Program-made: the position numbers and the translations under genes | Origin: Bacteroidota bacterium | Lineage (GTDB): Bacteria > Bacteroidota > Bacteroidia > UKL13-3 | Reading direction: 5' to 3' | NCBI GenBank assembly: GCA_947460345.1 | Contig: CANHGM010000001.1 | Span: 132,744-196,743 of the forward strand | DNA length: 64,000 nucleotides | Shown here: positions 9,236-19,865 of the stretch, one piece after another | Numbering within the stretch: the first letter of the stretch is position 1 | Layout: each line of letters starts with the position of its first letter | Notes under the pieces: generated by a model | Told to the model about the DNA's origin: nothing | What the model saw: the letters and a program-made list of their open reading frames with translations, nothing else | Databases searched by the model: none

Positions 9236-9730
9236 ATGTATAAGGTAGAAATAGCAGACAAGTCTTTTGAGGTTGAAAACAAAGATAATAATATATATAT
9301 TGACAATAAATTGGTTTCAGCTGATACGCTTAAAGTTTCAGAAAGCAAGTTACATTTGATGGTGAACAATAAGCCCATCATGACTGAGCTAATAAGCATT
9401 GACAAAGAAAACAAAGTGGTGACTTTAATGGTAAACAACCAAAAAGTAGACGTAAAAATTAAAGACACTTTTGACTTACTGCTTCACGATTTGGGCTTAG
9501 ATAGCCTTGCTGCCAAAAAAGCATCTGATGTGAAAGCACCTATGCCTGGTTTGGTTTTAAAGGTATTGGTAACAGAAGGACAAGAAGTAAAAAAAGGCGA
9601 AAATCTATTAGTACTTGAAGCGATGAAAATGGAAAACATGCTCAAGTCAAGCGAAGATATTACCATCAAAAAAGTGTTGGTTAATGCCGGTGATAAAGTA
9701 GAAAAAAACCAAGTTTTAATTCAATTATAG
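9236..9730 (+). CDS. Biotin carboxyl carrier / biotinyl-lipoyl domain protein
   Basis: VKAPMPGLV...LEAMKMEN biotinylation motif. Confidence 0.92.
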   Translation: MYKVEIADKSFEVENKDNNIYIDNKLVSADTLKVSESKLHLMVNNKPIMTELISIDKENKVVTLMVNNQKVDVKIKDTFDLLLHDLGLDSLAAKKASDVKAPMPGLVLKVLVTEGQEVKKGENLLVLEAMKMENMLKSSEDITIKKVLVNAGDKVEKNQVLIQL

Positions 9731-10045
9731 ATGCGATGGCTTCTTGCTTTTTTTGTTTTAAGTAGTACATATATATCAGGCCAAGTAATTCCTGATTCGA
9801 CAAAAAATGGCCAAGTTAAATGGCAGTATTTTAGACCTGAATGCAAACTGCATGAGAAAGGTATATTTGTAGATGGCAAAAGGCATGGAACATGGCAATA
9901 TAAAGACACTACTGGCTCTATTGTATTGAGAGAGAAATATATAAATGGTAAATATATATGGTCTGTATATTATAATAGCGGAAAAATTATAGAAACTAGA
10001 AACAACAAAGGAAAAATCATCAAACGCTCAGCTTGTGGATGCTAG
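9731..10045 (+). CDS. Small exported MORN-variant-repeat protein
   Basis: Signal peptide and the repeats NG.VKWQYF and G.FVDGKRHGTWQY. Confidence 0.6.
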   Translation: MRWLLAFFVLSSTYISGQVIPDSTKNGQVKWQYFRPECKLHEKGIFVDGKRHGTWQYKDTTGSIVLREKYINGKYIWSVYYNSGKIIETRNNKGKIIKRSACGC

Positions 10046-10392
10046 GCTATTATCTCTTTCTTTATTTTTAATGGTAATGAATTTAATATTAGTACGTAGG
10101 AATGGTCAACTTGTTCAAGTATAAATTTATCAGTCAACACGCCGTTCATTTTTAACGTATTCCAATGCTTCTTATTCATATGATAACCAGGTATCACATC
10201 TGTATATAGTTCTCTAAGTTCAATTGCTTTCTCAGGGTCACATTTCACATTCACGTCGCTAAAATTCTCTATACCTGTTAGTAAAAATATCTTCCCAGCT
10301 AATTTAAAAACTAAAGTTTCACTATCAAAAGGAAACTCTTCTGATACAGCTTTTTTATTTAAGCAATAATCTCTTAGCTTTTCTATATCCAT
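10042..10392 (-). CDS. MmcQ/YjbR family DNA-binding protein
   Basis: EEFPFD..TLVFK..GKIF, NVKCDPE.AIELRE and PGYHMNKKHWNT motifs. Confidence 0.92.
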   Translation of the reverse strand: MDIEKLRDYCLNKKAVSEEFPFDSETLVFKLAGKIFLLTGIENFSDVNVKCDPEKAIELRELYTDVIPGYHMNKKHWNTLKMNGVLTDKFILEQVDHSYVLILNSLPLKIKKEIIA

Positions 10393-10406
10393 CTAACATA
10401 TATATA

Positions 10407-11363
10407 TTAAAAAACGTCACTCGCAATTCTTCTGGTAGCTTCTGAAAGTCCCATGGTATAATAATGCAATACTGGAACTCCGGCTGCTTTTAGTTCTTTA
10501 GACTGCATAATTGTCCATTCAATACCTGCATCTTTCACAGCTTGGTCAGTTGTTGCTTTATTTATAGAATTCACCAAATCTTGAGGAATTTCAGTATAGA
10601 ATATTTGTGGTAAAATTTCTAATTGTTTTTTATTAGTGATAGGTTTTAAACCAGGAATAATCGGGACGTTAATTCCTATTTCTCTGCATTTTTTTACAAA
10701 GTCAAAATATTTTTGATTGTTAAAAAACATTTGTGTAACTATATATTCTGCACCTGCATCTACTTTACGTTTCAAAAAATTTAGGTCGCTGGCATCACTT
10801 ACTGCCTCAAAATGTTTTTCAGGATAACCAGCAACTCCTGTACAAAAACTTGTTGGGAAAGGATTGGTAAGTTCAAGATCTAAATACACTCCATTATTCA
10901 TATTAGTAATTTGTTGAACCAACTCTAAAGCATTGTGATTGCCATCAGGCTCAGGTTGAAAGGTAGTTTCAGTTTTTAAGCTATCACCTCTTAAAGCTAA
11001 TATATTATCAATGCCTAAAAAGTGGAGGTCTATAAGTGCATTTTCAGTTTCTTCTTTTCCAAATCCACCACATATTATATGAGGCACTGCTTCCACCTTA
11101 TACTTGTTCATAATGGCAGCACATATAGCCACAGTCCCTGGTCGTTTTTTGGTTGAAATTTTTTCTGAAGTGCCATCGTTTCTTCTTCTAATCACATACT
11201 CTTCTCTATGGTATGTAACGTCTACAAAAGCAGGTTTAAACTCCATTAATGGGTCTATCCCATTAAATATGGAATGTATACTTTTCCCTTTCAAGGGTGG
11301 TAATATCTCTATAGAAAACAATGTTTTACCTTGAGAATTTTTTATATATTCAGTAATTTTCAT
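10407..11363 (-). CDS. metF: 5,10-methylenetetrahydrofolate reductase
   Basis: FSIEILPP, VPHIICGG, LALRGD, VAGYPEKH, KVDAGAEYIVTQMFF and LHYYTMG motifs. ATG start taken at 11363. Confidence 0.95.
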   Translation of the reverse strand: MKITEYIKNSQGKTLFSIEILPPLKGKSIHSIFNGIDPLMEFKPAFVDVTYHREEYVIRRRNDGTSEKISTKKRPGTVAICAAIMNKYKVEAVPHIICGGFGKEETENALIDLHFLGIDNILALRGDSLKTETTFQPEPDGNHNALELVQQITNMNNGVYLDLELTNPFPTSFCTGVAGYPEKHFEAVSDASDLNFLKRKVDAGAEYIVTQMFFNNQKYFDFVKKCREIGINVPIIPGLKPITNKKQLEILPQIFYTEIPQDLVNSINKATTDQAVKDAGIEWTIMQSKELKAAGVPVLHYYTMGLSEATRRIASDVF

Positions 11364-11556
11364 ATAACAACTAATTGGCTGCAAAAATAGATATTAATGC
11401 TAGAATTAACATTAGTATACATAAACTAATATGAATTTGACATTCAATCTGTTTCAAAAATAAAATTAGTTTAAATTTTTAAGTTTGAAATTATTTATAA
11501 ACTTCTCATATCATATATCTGTTTTAGATTCGTTAATATTGCAAATTCATTAACCT

Positions 11557-12936
11557 ATGAAATATTTTTTAATCATACTTTTAATTTGGGTTTTCTCTCA
11601 AACTCTTTGTGCTCAAAACACACAAGAGATTACACCTAAATTTGAAAGAAGAATTTTTGACGACCCTAAAAAAAATGGTTCGTTGTTAGAAGGATTATTT
11701 AAGACCATCGAAACCAAAAGAGTATTTCCACAGAAGCAAAAAAATGTTGTTGTATTAGAAAATGGATATGCCCAATCTAAATTAAAAAACGGTGGCGATT
11801 GGATACGTATGAGACAAGCCTGGCAATCTGTGCAAATTGATATTGTTTACACCAAATATCCTAAAGATAAAGAATTTTGGTTAACTGATTATCACGAACT
11901 TTTAGTGAAACGTTTAGCAGAATTGTTCAAGCTAGACTCAACGCTTAATGACAACAAAATAAAATGGAACTTGGTATTGCAAACCGAATGCGAAACACAA
12001 GACGAAGCAAAGACTATGTTTCATGGTATGATTATAAAATACGAAAAAAGAAAACTAAACATACCAGTGAAACCAGATGTGCAAATGACCCCAATAGAAA
12101 AAGTAGAAAGATATCTAGTTGAAGTTGGTGGCATTCAAGACTCTATTGTTTACAAAGCATTTGAAGACCATAAGTCGTGGAAGAATGCTTTGGTAGTTAT
12201 GGACATGACAGGAAGTATGTATCAGTATGCTCCACAAGCAGTTTTGTGGCATTTGAAAAACATGGAAAAAAGCGGAATCAAGTTTTTTTGTTATTTTAAT
12301 GATGGTGATAGAAAACCTGAAATTGAGAAAAAAATTGGCGAAACTGGTGGTATATATTTTCAAGAAGCCAACAAACCTGATAAGTTGGTGCCTTTATTTT
12401 ACAGAGTGATGAAAAGTGGTTATGGTGGCGAAACTCTTGACGAAAACGATATAGAATCCATTGTCAAAGCTGAAGAACACTTTGAAGGAAAGTTTGAAAC
12501 CTTAATACTTGTTGCCGACAATACCAATATCAGAGACAAAGAATTGATTAGCAAAATTAAACATCCTGTTAAAGTAGTTTTGGTTGGCTGTGAATGGGGC
12601 ATCAATGTAGAATATATAAATCTTGCTTATAAAACAGGAGGTTCGTTACATACCATAGAAGACGATGTGTTAGATATACCAGCCCATACTATTAATGGGA
12701 TTTTGGCTATAGGTAGTAACAAATATAAGTTTAACAGAAAAACCGAATTATATGAATGCTATGATGAAGATTATTGCAACTATCAATTTAGTCAAGAGCA
12801 AGATGCAGAAGAGAAAAACTTAAGTTCTCTTAAAAGATCGCCTGTAGGAAAGAAAATGTTTAAAGGTGTAAAAGGTCAAAAACTTCCTAATAAAAAGAAG
12901 AAAAAGAAAGGGTTCTTTGGAAGAATATTCGGGTAG
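11557..12936 (+). CDS. Exported hypothetical protein with vWA-like domain
   Basis: Signal peptide, VVMDMTGSM MIDAS-like motif, END.ES..KA and LILVADN, with a Lys-rich C-terminus. Confidence 0.65.
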   Translation: MKYFLIILLIWVFSQTLCAQNTQEITPKFERRIFDDPKKNGSLLEGLFKTIETKRVFPQKQKNVVVLENGYAQSKLKNGGDWIRMRQAWQSVQIDIVYTKYPKDKEFWLTDYHELLVKRLAELFKLDSTLNDNKIKWNLVLQTECETQDEAKTMFHGMIIKYEKRKLNIPVKPDVQMTPIEKVERYLVEVGGIQDSIVYKAFEDHKSWKNALVVMDMTGSMYQYAPQAVLWHLKNMEKSGIKFFCYFNDGDRKPEIEKKIGETGGIYFQEANKPDKLVPLFYRVMKSGYGGETLDENDIESIVKAEEHFEGKFETLILVADNTNIRDKELISKIKHPVKVVLVGCEWGINVEYINLAYKTGGSLHTIEDDVLDIPAHTINGILAIGSNKYKFNRKTELYECYDEDYCNYQFSQEQDAEEKNLSSLKRSPVGKKMFKGVKGQKLPNKKKKKKGFFGRIFG

Positions 12937-12939
12937 TTT

Positions 12940-13383
12940 TTATTCTTTATTTTTCAACTCTTCGGGCATAGGTGCTGGGGATACAGTACCTACAATTTCA
13001 ATATCTATATATTCTTCTACCCCGTTACACGATACCGTCATATCTTTATCAAACTGTCCGGCTTCGGCAGCGTTAAATGTAATGGTAACTGAGCCGCTAT
13101 CACCTGGGTTTATCATACCGCTTGTCCACCTTGGAGTAGTACAACCACATTTTCTATTTACATTGTATATATATAAGGGTTTGGTTCCAGTATTTTTAAA
13201 TTTAAAAGTGTGTGAAACCGGTTGCCACTGAGGTATATTTCCAAAATCAAAGATTGTTTTTTCAAAGGTAAGCTGAGCTTTAATAGGTGGGGTTGGGGCT
13301 TTACTTTTTTGAGCAAAAGTTTGAAAACTAAATAAAATCATCACCCATATATATATATATATTCTCATTGATAGTATAGACAT
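12940..13383 (-). CDS. DUF1573 (Ig-like) domain protein
   Basis: FDFG.I....V.H.F.FKNTG.KPL.I.NV...CGCTTP.W....I.PG.SG...ITFN. Confidence 0.9.
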   Translation of the reverse strand: MSILSMRIYIYIWVMILFSFQTFAQKSKAPTPPIKAQLTFEKTIFDFGNIPQWQPVSHTFKFKNTGTKPLYIYNVNRKCGCTTPRWTSGMINPGDSGSVTITFNAAEAGQFDKDMTVSCNGVEEYIDIEIVGTVSPAPMPEELKNKE

Positions 13384-13408
13384 CTGTTTAATAATTTAAG
13401 TTACTACT

Positions 13409-14128
13409 TTAATCGTATGATTCAAATTTAATTTCTGCTTTGCCATAGCCCATAAGTTTTAAGTTTTCTCTAGCCTCTCTTACCATGTTTTTCCAACCAC
13501 ATATATAAAACAATGCCTGCCTTTTATTTTCGAACAGCTGCTGATATACCTGGTGAACATATCCTTGTCTACCTTCCCATGTTGTTTCATTTTCTCTTGA
13601 CAAAACTGGAATAAACTTAAATGATGGGAATTGATTTTGAATATCAAGCATTTCATTATAGTAAACTACATCCTTTAAATATCTGTTTCCAAAAATCATA
13701 TATATGCTTTGATGAGGCAATTGGTTGCTTAAGATATGAAACAACATACTTCTAAGTGGTGCAATGCCTGTACCAGTAGCTATAAAACAAATGTCAACAT
13801 CTATAGTTTCAGGTAAAACAAATTTACCATAAGGCCCTGCTGTTTTAACAACTGAGCCCACATGCACATGCTCCCACAAATGTGGTGTTCCTGCCCCATC
13901 GGGCTTAAGTACTATGCACAATTCAAAAATATTATCTGAAGTGGGAGCTGAAGCAATAGAATAACTTCTGTTAGTAAACTTAGCTTCAATAGGCAAATCG
14001 AGCATTACAAATTGCCCGGCTTTAAACTCAAATGTAATTTCATCAGGCATTTTTATAAAATACCGCTTAACATCAGCCGTTTCATCCTTGATATCAACAA
14101 CTACGGCATCATAATATTGAACATGCAT
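13409..14128 (-). CDS. FAD/NAD(P)-binding oxidoreductase (ferredoxin-NADP reductase superfamily)
   Basis: F.AGQF, RSYSIASAP, GPYGKF, IATGTGIAP and YICG motifs, with a terminal FESYD. Confidence 0.9.
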   Translation of the reverse strand: MHVQYYDAVVVDIKDETADVKRYFIKMPDEITFEFKAGQFVMLDLPIEAKFTNRSYSIASAPTSDNIFELCIVLKPDGAGTPHLWEHVHVGSVVKTAGPYGKFVLPETIDVDICFIATGTGIAPLRSMLFHILSNQLPHQSIYMIFGNRYLKDVVYYNEMLDIQNQFPSFKFIPVLSRENETTWEGRQGYVHQVYQQLFENKRQALFYICGWKNMVREARENLKLMGYGKAEIKFESYD

Positions 14129-14204
14129 GCTTCAAAGATACCAAAAATTCAACAATATCAATAGCTTTGTTTTTATTACCTTTGCCCATTAATTTTTTTA
14201 CTGA

Positions 14205-15230
14205 ATGCAAGACAACAAATATGAATTTTCATTTAATTTCCTAGAATTGATAGAGCTGCTATGGCTTTGGCGTAAAAAGCTAATCATGGTTTCATTGATA
14301 GCTGCAGTAGTTTCGGCTGTTGTATCTTTTATGGTTACAGAAAAATTTGAATCAAACATGGTTTTTTATCCTACGGTGGGCAATTCATTTTCATCATCAT
14401 ATCTAAAAGAATCTTCAGGTTCTAAAGGCGACCCTTTAGAATTTGGCTCTGAAACTGAAGTAGAAGAAATGCTTCAAATTTTAAACTCAGATTTAATGAA
14501 AGGCGAAATCATTAAGCGTTTTGATTTAATGAAATATTACAAACTTGATGAAAATGATTTTCAACGTTACAAAAAATTAGATTTATTACTTAAAAAGAAT
14601 ATTAGTTTTAAACGTACTGATTACACATCAATTGAAGTAAAGGTATTAGATGAAAGCCCTGAAATGGCCTCTAAAATTGTGGACGGAGTTTCAGAATTAA
14701 TAGACTCCATCAAAACATCTATACAAAGACAAGTAGCTATGCAAGCATTAGCTGTAGTGGAACGCTCATACTTAGAGAAAAGCATGGAAATTAAAACCAT
14801 AGATGATTCATTAGATGTATTAGGAAAACTTGGTATATATAACTCATCTGAGCAAGCCAAAGCATTAACAGATTTATTAGCTAAAGGCGGAGGAAACACT
14901 TCAGCCATTTTAAAACAACAAGAACTTTTAGCAAGATACGGAAACAGTTTCGAAACACTTTCAAGAAGAAAATTTTTAGAACAAGAAAAAGAAACCAACT
15001 TAAGAGAGAAATATATGCAAGCTAAAGTAGATGCTGAAGCTTCTATTACTCATAAATTTGTGGTAAGTAAGTCAGGTGTTTCTTTATATAAAGCATACCC
15101 TGTTCGTTGGTTATTGGTGGTTATTGGTACTTTTTCAGCCTTAGCTGCAGCCATTCTGTTTATGATTATTTTCGAGAAAATATACAAACCTATAAAGCTG
15201 AAAAATGCTGAGAACCAAGCTTCCGCCTGA
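14205..15230 (+). CDS. Wzz-type polysaccharide chain-length determinant
   Basis: N- and C-terminal TM helices flank a periplasmic coiled-coil. P.RWLLVV precedes TM2. Confidence 0.8.
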   Translation: MQDNKYEFSFNFLELIELLWLWRKKLIMVSLIAAVVSAVVSFMVTEKFESNMVFYPTVGNSFSSSYLKESSGSKGDPLEFGSETEVEEMLQILNSDLMKGEIIKRFDLMKYYKLDENDFQRYKKLDLLLKKNISFKRTDYTSIEVKVLDESPEMASKIVDGVSELIDSIKTSIQRQVAMQALAVVERSYLEKSMEIKTIDDSLDVLGKLGIYNSSEQAKALTDLLAKGGGNTSAILKQQELLARYGNSFETLSRRKFLEQEKETNLREKYMQAKVDAEASITHKFVVSKSGVSLYKAYPVRWLLVVIGTFSALAAAILFMIIFEKIYKPIKLKNAENQASA

Positions 15231-16656
15231 TTCTGTATTTAAAACTAAAATCTGGTTTTGGACTTCTATTGCATTTTTTGTAATAGTTAATGCTATTTTT
15301 TTATACAACCAATTCTATATAGGTTTACTTTTACCTATATTGCTTATGGGTGTATTTATTGGTATATTTTCATTTGATAAACTTATATTTTTAACCATTC
15401 TCTTTACCCCTTTTTCAGTTAGATATGAAGATGTAATTGGTGGAATTGGACTAGATATTCCCACCGACCCATTATTGATGATTTTAAGTACAGCTATCAT
15501 ATATAAGCTTTTTAGTGAAAAAATGTATGACGTTAAAGTACTTAAGCATCCAATAACTATAGCATTATTCATCAATTTGGGTTGGATTTTTTTTACATCA
15601 TTCACTAGTAGTTTGCCTTTAGTGTCGTTTAAGTATTTTGTTTCTAGAAGTTTTTTTATCATCCTTTTTTACTTTGTCATGATTCAGGTGTTTAAGAACA
15701 AAGACAAAATAAAAACTTATATGTGGTTATATATTGTGCCATTAATGTTGGTGATTATATATGCATTTATTAACCATTACGATTACAATTTTGACCAAAG
15801 AGCTTCATATGGTATTGCTCAACCTTTCTATGTAAATCATGGTATATATGCAGCTGCTATTGCTATGTTTATGCCCTTTCTTTGGTTTGTAATGATACGT
15901 CCAAGAATTTTTAACTACAACATATTTCAACAAGTCGTCATCACCATAGTCTTTACTATATTTTTAGCAGGCTTGGTCTATTCATTTACAAGGGCTGCAT
16001 GGATTAGTGTTGTTGCAGCAATTGCCGTTGGCAGTGCTTTGGCTTTTAGGTTTAAATTTTCAACCTATATGTTTGGAGCTATTTTATTAATAATTGCCTC
16101 TTTTGGGATTCAAGATTCTATAGAAAAAGCACTCAGAAAAAACAAACAAGCATCAAGTGATAATTTTGAACAGCATGTTAAATCTATCTATAATGTAAAA
16201 AACGATGATTCAAACCTTGAACGTATAAACAGGTGGATGTGTGCCATGCGAATGTTTGCCGACCATCCAATAGTTGGTTTTGGACCCGGTACATATATGT
16301 TTGAATATGCTCCTTATCAAAAAGCAAGTGAAATGACTAAAATTAGTACCAATATGTCTACTTTAGGCAACTGTCATAGTGAGTATTTACAACCTCTAGC
16401 TGAAATTGGCCTTATTGGTTTTTTAACATGGATAGGATTAATTGTAATAGTGATATTTTCTGCTATAAAAATATATTATTATGATGGCGATGAGCAAAAT
16501 CGACTGTTAGCTTTATCAGCCATGTTGGGTTTAGTTACCTATTTTGTGCATGGGTTCCTTAACAATTATATAGAGATAGACAAAGCTGCAGTGTTGGTTT
16601 GGGGCTTTATGGGAGTGATCACAGCAGTTGATGTGTATCATAAAAAAACAACTTAA
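15205..16656 (+). CDS. O-antigen ligase/polymerase family membrane protein
   Basis: Multi-TM protein with SFTRAAW, SNLER...W..A..MF.DHPIVGFGPG and HSEYLQ.LAEIG (Wzy_C pattern). Confidence 0.88.
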   Translation: MLRTKLPPDSVFKTKIWFWTSIAFFVIVNAIFLYNQFYIGLLLPILLMGVFIGIFSFDKLIFLTILFTPFSVRYEDVIGGIGLDIPTDPLLMILSTAIIYKLFSEKMYDVKVLKHPITIALFINLGWIFFTSFTSSLPLVSFKYFVSRSFFIILFYFVMIQVFKNKDKIKTYMWLYIVPLMLVIIYAFINHYDYNFDQRASYGIAQPFYVNHGIYAAAIAMFMPFLWFVMIRPRIFNYNIFQQVVITIVFTIFLAGLVYSFTRAAWISVVAAIAVGSALAFRFKFSTYMFGAILLIIASFGIQDSIEKALRKNKQASSDNFEQHVKSIYNVKNDDSNLERINRWMCAMRMFADHPIVGFGPGTYMFEYAPYQKASEMTKISTNMSTLGNCHSEYLQPLAEIGLIGFLTWIGLIVIVIFSAIKIYYYDGDEQNRLLALSAMLGLVTYFVHGFLNNYIEIDKAAVLVWGFMGVITAVDVYHKKTT

Positions 16657-17934
16657 TTATTCTATTTTATATAACCCCCATTTTGTTTTCTTAGTCTTAG
16701 TCAGAAGTAACGAATATTCAGTAAATTCAAGTGGTTTTAGTATTTCTGTAATTGTATATTCACTTTGGTTTATATTTTCTACCTGCGCGGTGTATACCAT
16801 TTCATTGGTCTCTTTTTTTCTTACAGTTCTCTTTAAATTGTTTGGATCAAAAACTTTAAATTGACTTTTTTCAACTAAAAATGGAATAGCTATATCTAAA
16901 GGTAACAAAGCGTTTTTAACTATTTTGGCTTGACCTTGTAAGATATCATTTCTGCGCTTAATAAATGCCCCATAATTTGGGTTTAATACCACATGATTTA
17001 TCCAAGGAAAAAGCACAGTTATATATACATTCAATAAGAAAACAATTGCCGTTATATACTGACCTATCCTAGAAAAATGGATGCTATGAGTATATAAAAA
17101 CAACAATGAAAACAGATTGATATATGCAAAATAATATGGTTTTCCTAGCATCAGCATCGCTATAAAAACAGGAATTATTTGTGTAATATATTTTTTGAAA
17201 TTCTTAGAAGAATATATAACTACACAAACGGTAAGCTGAAATAACAACAGGTATTTAGCATCATTAATTTGTTGAAATAAATGCTCTGCTTGTATTCTGA
17301 TATACAAGGTTTGAAGCCATAAGGAAGTTGATTCAGCATTAAAAACGAACAACACTAAAAAAACCAAACCCCCTAGTAAATATTGTTTTACACTTACTTT
17401 TTCATTCATCAATATATATAAACCATAAAAAACACAAGTAACCGGATGTAACAAAAAAGAAATTAGTAAACCAATACTATGTTTATAGTTAAAATCTTTT
17501 ACCATCAATATCCAAACAAATAAAAACAGCATGCAGAACAATTCAGGCCTTTCATTTGAAACAAGTATATCATTTGAAAATGCCAATGAAATCAATAAGT
17601 TCGTAAGTGTATTGTTTTGAAACTTTTTATTAAACAAATAATAAATACTAATACCAAAACATATAGGTAAGAGTATATACCAAATATGTAACGAGTAATT
17701 TGTATTGCCAGTAATTAACAACACAAACGATACAAAATATGAATACAAATTGGGGAATCTAAACCCAGCAACACTATCTGTCCAGAACTCCCCTCTTAAA
17801 TTAGCATATGCCCCAGTGGCCGTCCACACAGCGTCTATCGAATATTCAGGTACATATATAAAATAAACTATTTTTAAAATACCAATAAATAAGTATAAAA
17901 ATAAAACGCTATATATATTGATATATTTACTCAC
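16657..17934 (-). CDS. Hypothetical multi-pass membrane protein (possible GT-C fold glycosyltransferase)
   Basis: About 10 hydrophobic segments, an early periplasmic D, and RPE and HP motifs reminiscent of ArnT/GT-C enzymes. Confidence 0.5.
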   Translation of the reverse strand: MSKYINIYSVLFLYLFIGILKIVYFIYVPEYSIDAVWTATGAYANLRGEFWTDSVAGFRFPNLYSYFVSFVLLITGNTNYSLHIWYILLPICFGISIYYLFNKKFQNNTLTNLLISLAFSNDILVSNERPELFCMLFLFVWILMVKDFNYKHSIGLLISFLLHPVTCVFYGLYILMNEKVSVKQYLLGGLVFLVLFVFNAESTSLWLQTLYIRIQAEHLFQQINDAKYLLLFQLTVCVVIYSSKNFKKYITQIIPVFIAMLMLGKPYYFAYINLFSLLFLYTHSIHFSRIGQYITAIVFLLNVYITVLFPWINHVVLNPNYGAFIKRRNDILQGQAKIVKNALLPLDIAIPFLVEKSQFKVFDPNNLKRTVRKKETNEMVYTAQVENINQSEYTITEILKPLEFTEYSLLLTKTKKTKWGLYKIE

Positions 17935-17938
17935 AGTA

Positions 17939-19528
17939 CTATTCTATAAATTTCCATTCTTTTTTAGACTTGAATACTGATAAAGCTTGAATAATATTTT
18001 TGTCTTTTTGGTTGTATATATAATAAAATCCTTCTTCGCTAAAATGTAATCTGGCAATCACACTTTCTACATATAGCAATACTTGTTTAACAGCAGGAGG
18101 CGATGCTTTATGAGTAAAACCCAATCTTTTAATTTCTATATTCACTAGAACTTCAGCCTCTTTTTCTATCTTTTTCCAAGCAGCATCTATATCATTCACT
18201 TGCTTTAACGAATTGAACTCGCTTTTATATTTTTCATTTAAATCAATGGCTATATTCCTTAATACATTCTCTTGCAACATTGCGTTTATCAAACTATAAT
18301 GCCCGCCCGTGTCAGCAGGTACAAATATATCTGGCGAAATACCACCACCATCGTAAACCGTTCTGCCAGCAAGTGTTTTAAAGGCTTTATGTTTGGTAAT
18401 TTTTGCACTGTCAAGCTTGGCTAGCTCTCCATTTTTATATCTGTCATATACTTCACTTTCATACCCCTCAATATCGTGGTCATATGCTTTTTGAATACAC
18501 CTGCCTGATGGTGTATAATACCTTGCTACTGTTAATCTCAACCCTGATCCGTCAGATAATTGCATTTGTTCTTGCACCAAACCTTTACCAAAAGAGCGTC
18601 TGCCTAAAATCAAGCCTCTATCGCTATCTTGTATACTGCCACTCACTATTTCGCTAGCTGATGCAGAGCCTTCATCAATAATTATGATAAGTTTTCCGGT
18701 TTCAAAAAGTCCTTCTTTTTCGCAAAAATACTCAGATTTTTTTTGGTGAAGTCCTTCGGTATATACAATTAGTTTTTTATCAGACAATAACTCATCTGTA
18801 ATTTTAGTGGCGGCTGTAAGATACCCACCTGGATTGCCCCTCAAATCTAAAATTAAATTTTTGAGACCTTTTTCTTTCAATTTTTTTAGCCTAGCTAAAA
18901 ACTCATCGTAAGTTGTTTCGGCAAACCTACTTATTTTGATATAGCCATTCTCGGCATCTATCATATATCCTGCATCAACACTATATATAGGGATTTTATC
19001 TCTAATAATTTCAAAAGAAAGCAACCGTGCTTTATTTCTTCTTTGTATACCCAGCGACACTTTGGTGCCTTTAGGCCCCTTAAGCAACTTCATCACCTGT
19101 TCGTTGGTGATTTTGATACCAGCTACAATTTTATTGTTCACTTTTACAATCTTATCGCCACTGATAATCCCCGCTGATTGAGACGGGCCGCCATTAATAG
19201 ATGAGACAACTAAAATAGTATCTTTATATATATTAAATTCTACACCGATTCCATCAAATCCACCTTCTAAGGGCTCATTCGATTCAGCTAAATCTTTAGC
19301 TGGTATATACACCGAATGGGGGTCTAAATTAGCTAACATAGATTCTATAGCGGTTTGCTTCAACTGCTGCTCATTTATAGTATCAACATATGCTGCTTTA
19401 GCAAGTGAAATGGCTTCATCAATAGGTGATGAATTATTGAATACTCCTGAAGAAGGTTTTAACCAAATTCCTAAGAACAATCCAAATGCTACTAAACTAA
19501 AATAAATAAATGGTTTGATTGCCGACAT
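17939..19528 (-). CDS. S41 family C-terminal processing peptidase (PDZ + peptidase)
   Basis: LDPHS, GIGVEF, LILDLRGNPGG, SASASEI, and GRRSFGKGLVQ motifs. Confidence 0.95.
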   Translation of the reverse strand: MSAIKPFIYFSLVAFGLFLGIWLKPSSGVFNNSSPIDEAISLAKAAYVDTINEQQLKQTAIESMLANLDPHSVYIPAKDLAESNEPLEGGFDGIGVEFNIYKDTILVVSSINGGPSQSAGIISGDKIVKVNNKIVAGIKITNEQVMKLLKGPKGTKVSLGIQRRNKARLLSFEIIRDKIPIYSVDAGYMIDAENGYIKISRFAETTYDEFLARLKKLKEKGLKNLILDLRGNPGGYLTAATKITDELLSDKKLIVYTEGLHQKKSEYFCEKEGLFETGKLIIIIDEGSASASEIVSGSIQDSDRGLILGRRSFGKGLVQEQMQLSDGSGLRLTVARYYTPSGRCIQKAYDHDIEGYESEVYDRYKNGELAKLDSAKITKHKAFKTLAGRTVYDGGGISPDIFVPADTGGHYSLINAMLQENVLRNIAIDLNEKYKSEFNSLKQVNDIDAAWKKIEKEAEVLVNIEIKRLGFTHKASPPAVKQVLLYVESVIARLHFSEEGFYYIYNQKDKNIIQALSVFKSKKEWKFIE

Positions 19529-19865
19529 ATATATATATTAAAATTAATCAAAATTATGAATAGCAAATGTAAGTATGAATAGCATAATAAAAAGTGAGGT
19601 AATGGTCTTCAATCATGCATTTATGTACTATTTACTAAACAGTGTAAGAACCTGAAAAAACAGAAATTTATATGTAACTTTACTTTTCTATTGTTATATA
19701 TTTTAAACATACAGCATGGTTAAAAGGTTTTACTGTTTGGTACATGGTGGCTATCATTTTCGTTTATTTGAGATTTTGCATTGTTTGTCTTCATTGTGGA
19801 AACGTGGACAATTAGTATAGGCTTAAAACAATAATGAGAGTATTTTTGCGTTCTTAAATATCTCA

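Noticed and set aside
19530-19865. Long intergenic region between divergent genes, as a possible sRNA or pseudogene
   Set aside because: It has only short ORFs (under 40 aa) and no convincing structure or terminator. It contains -7-like elements for the flanking genes.
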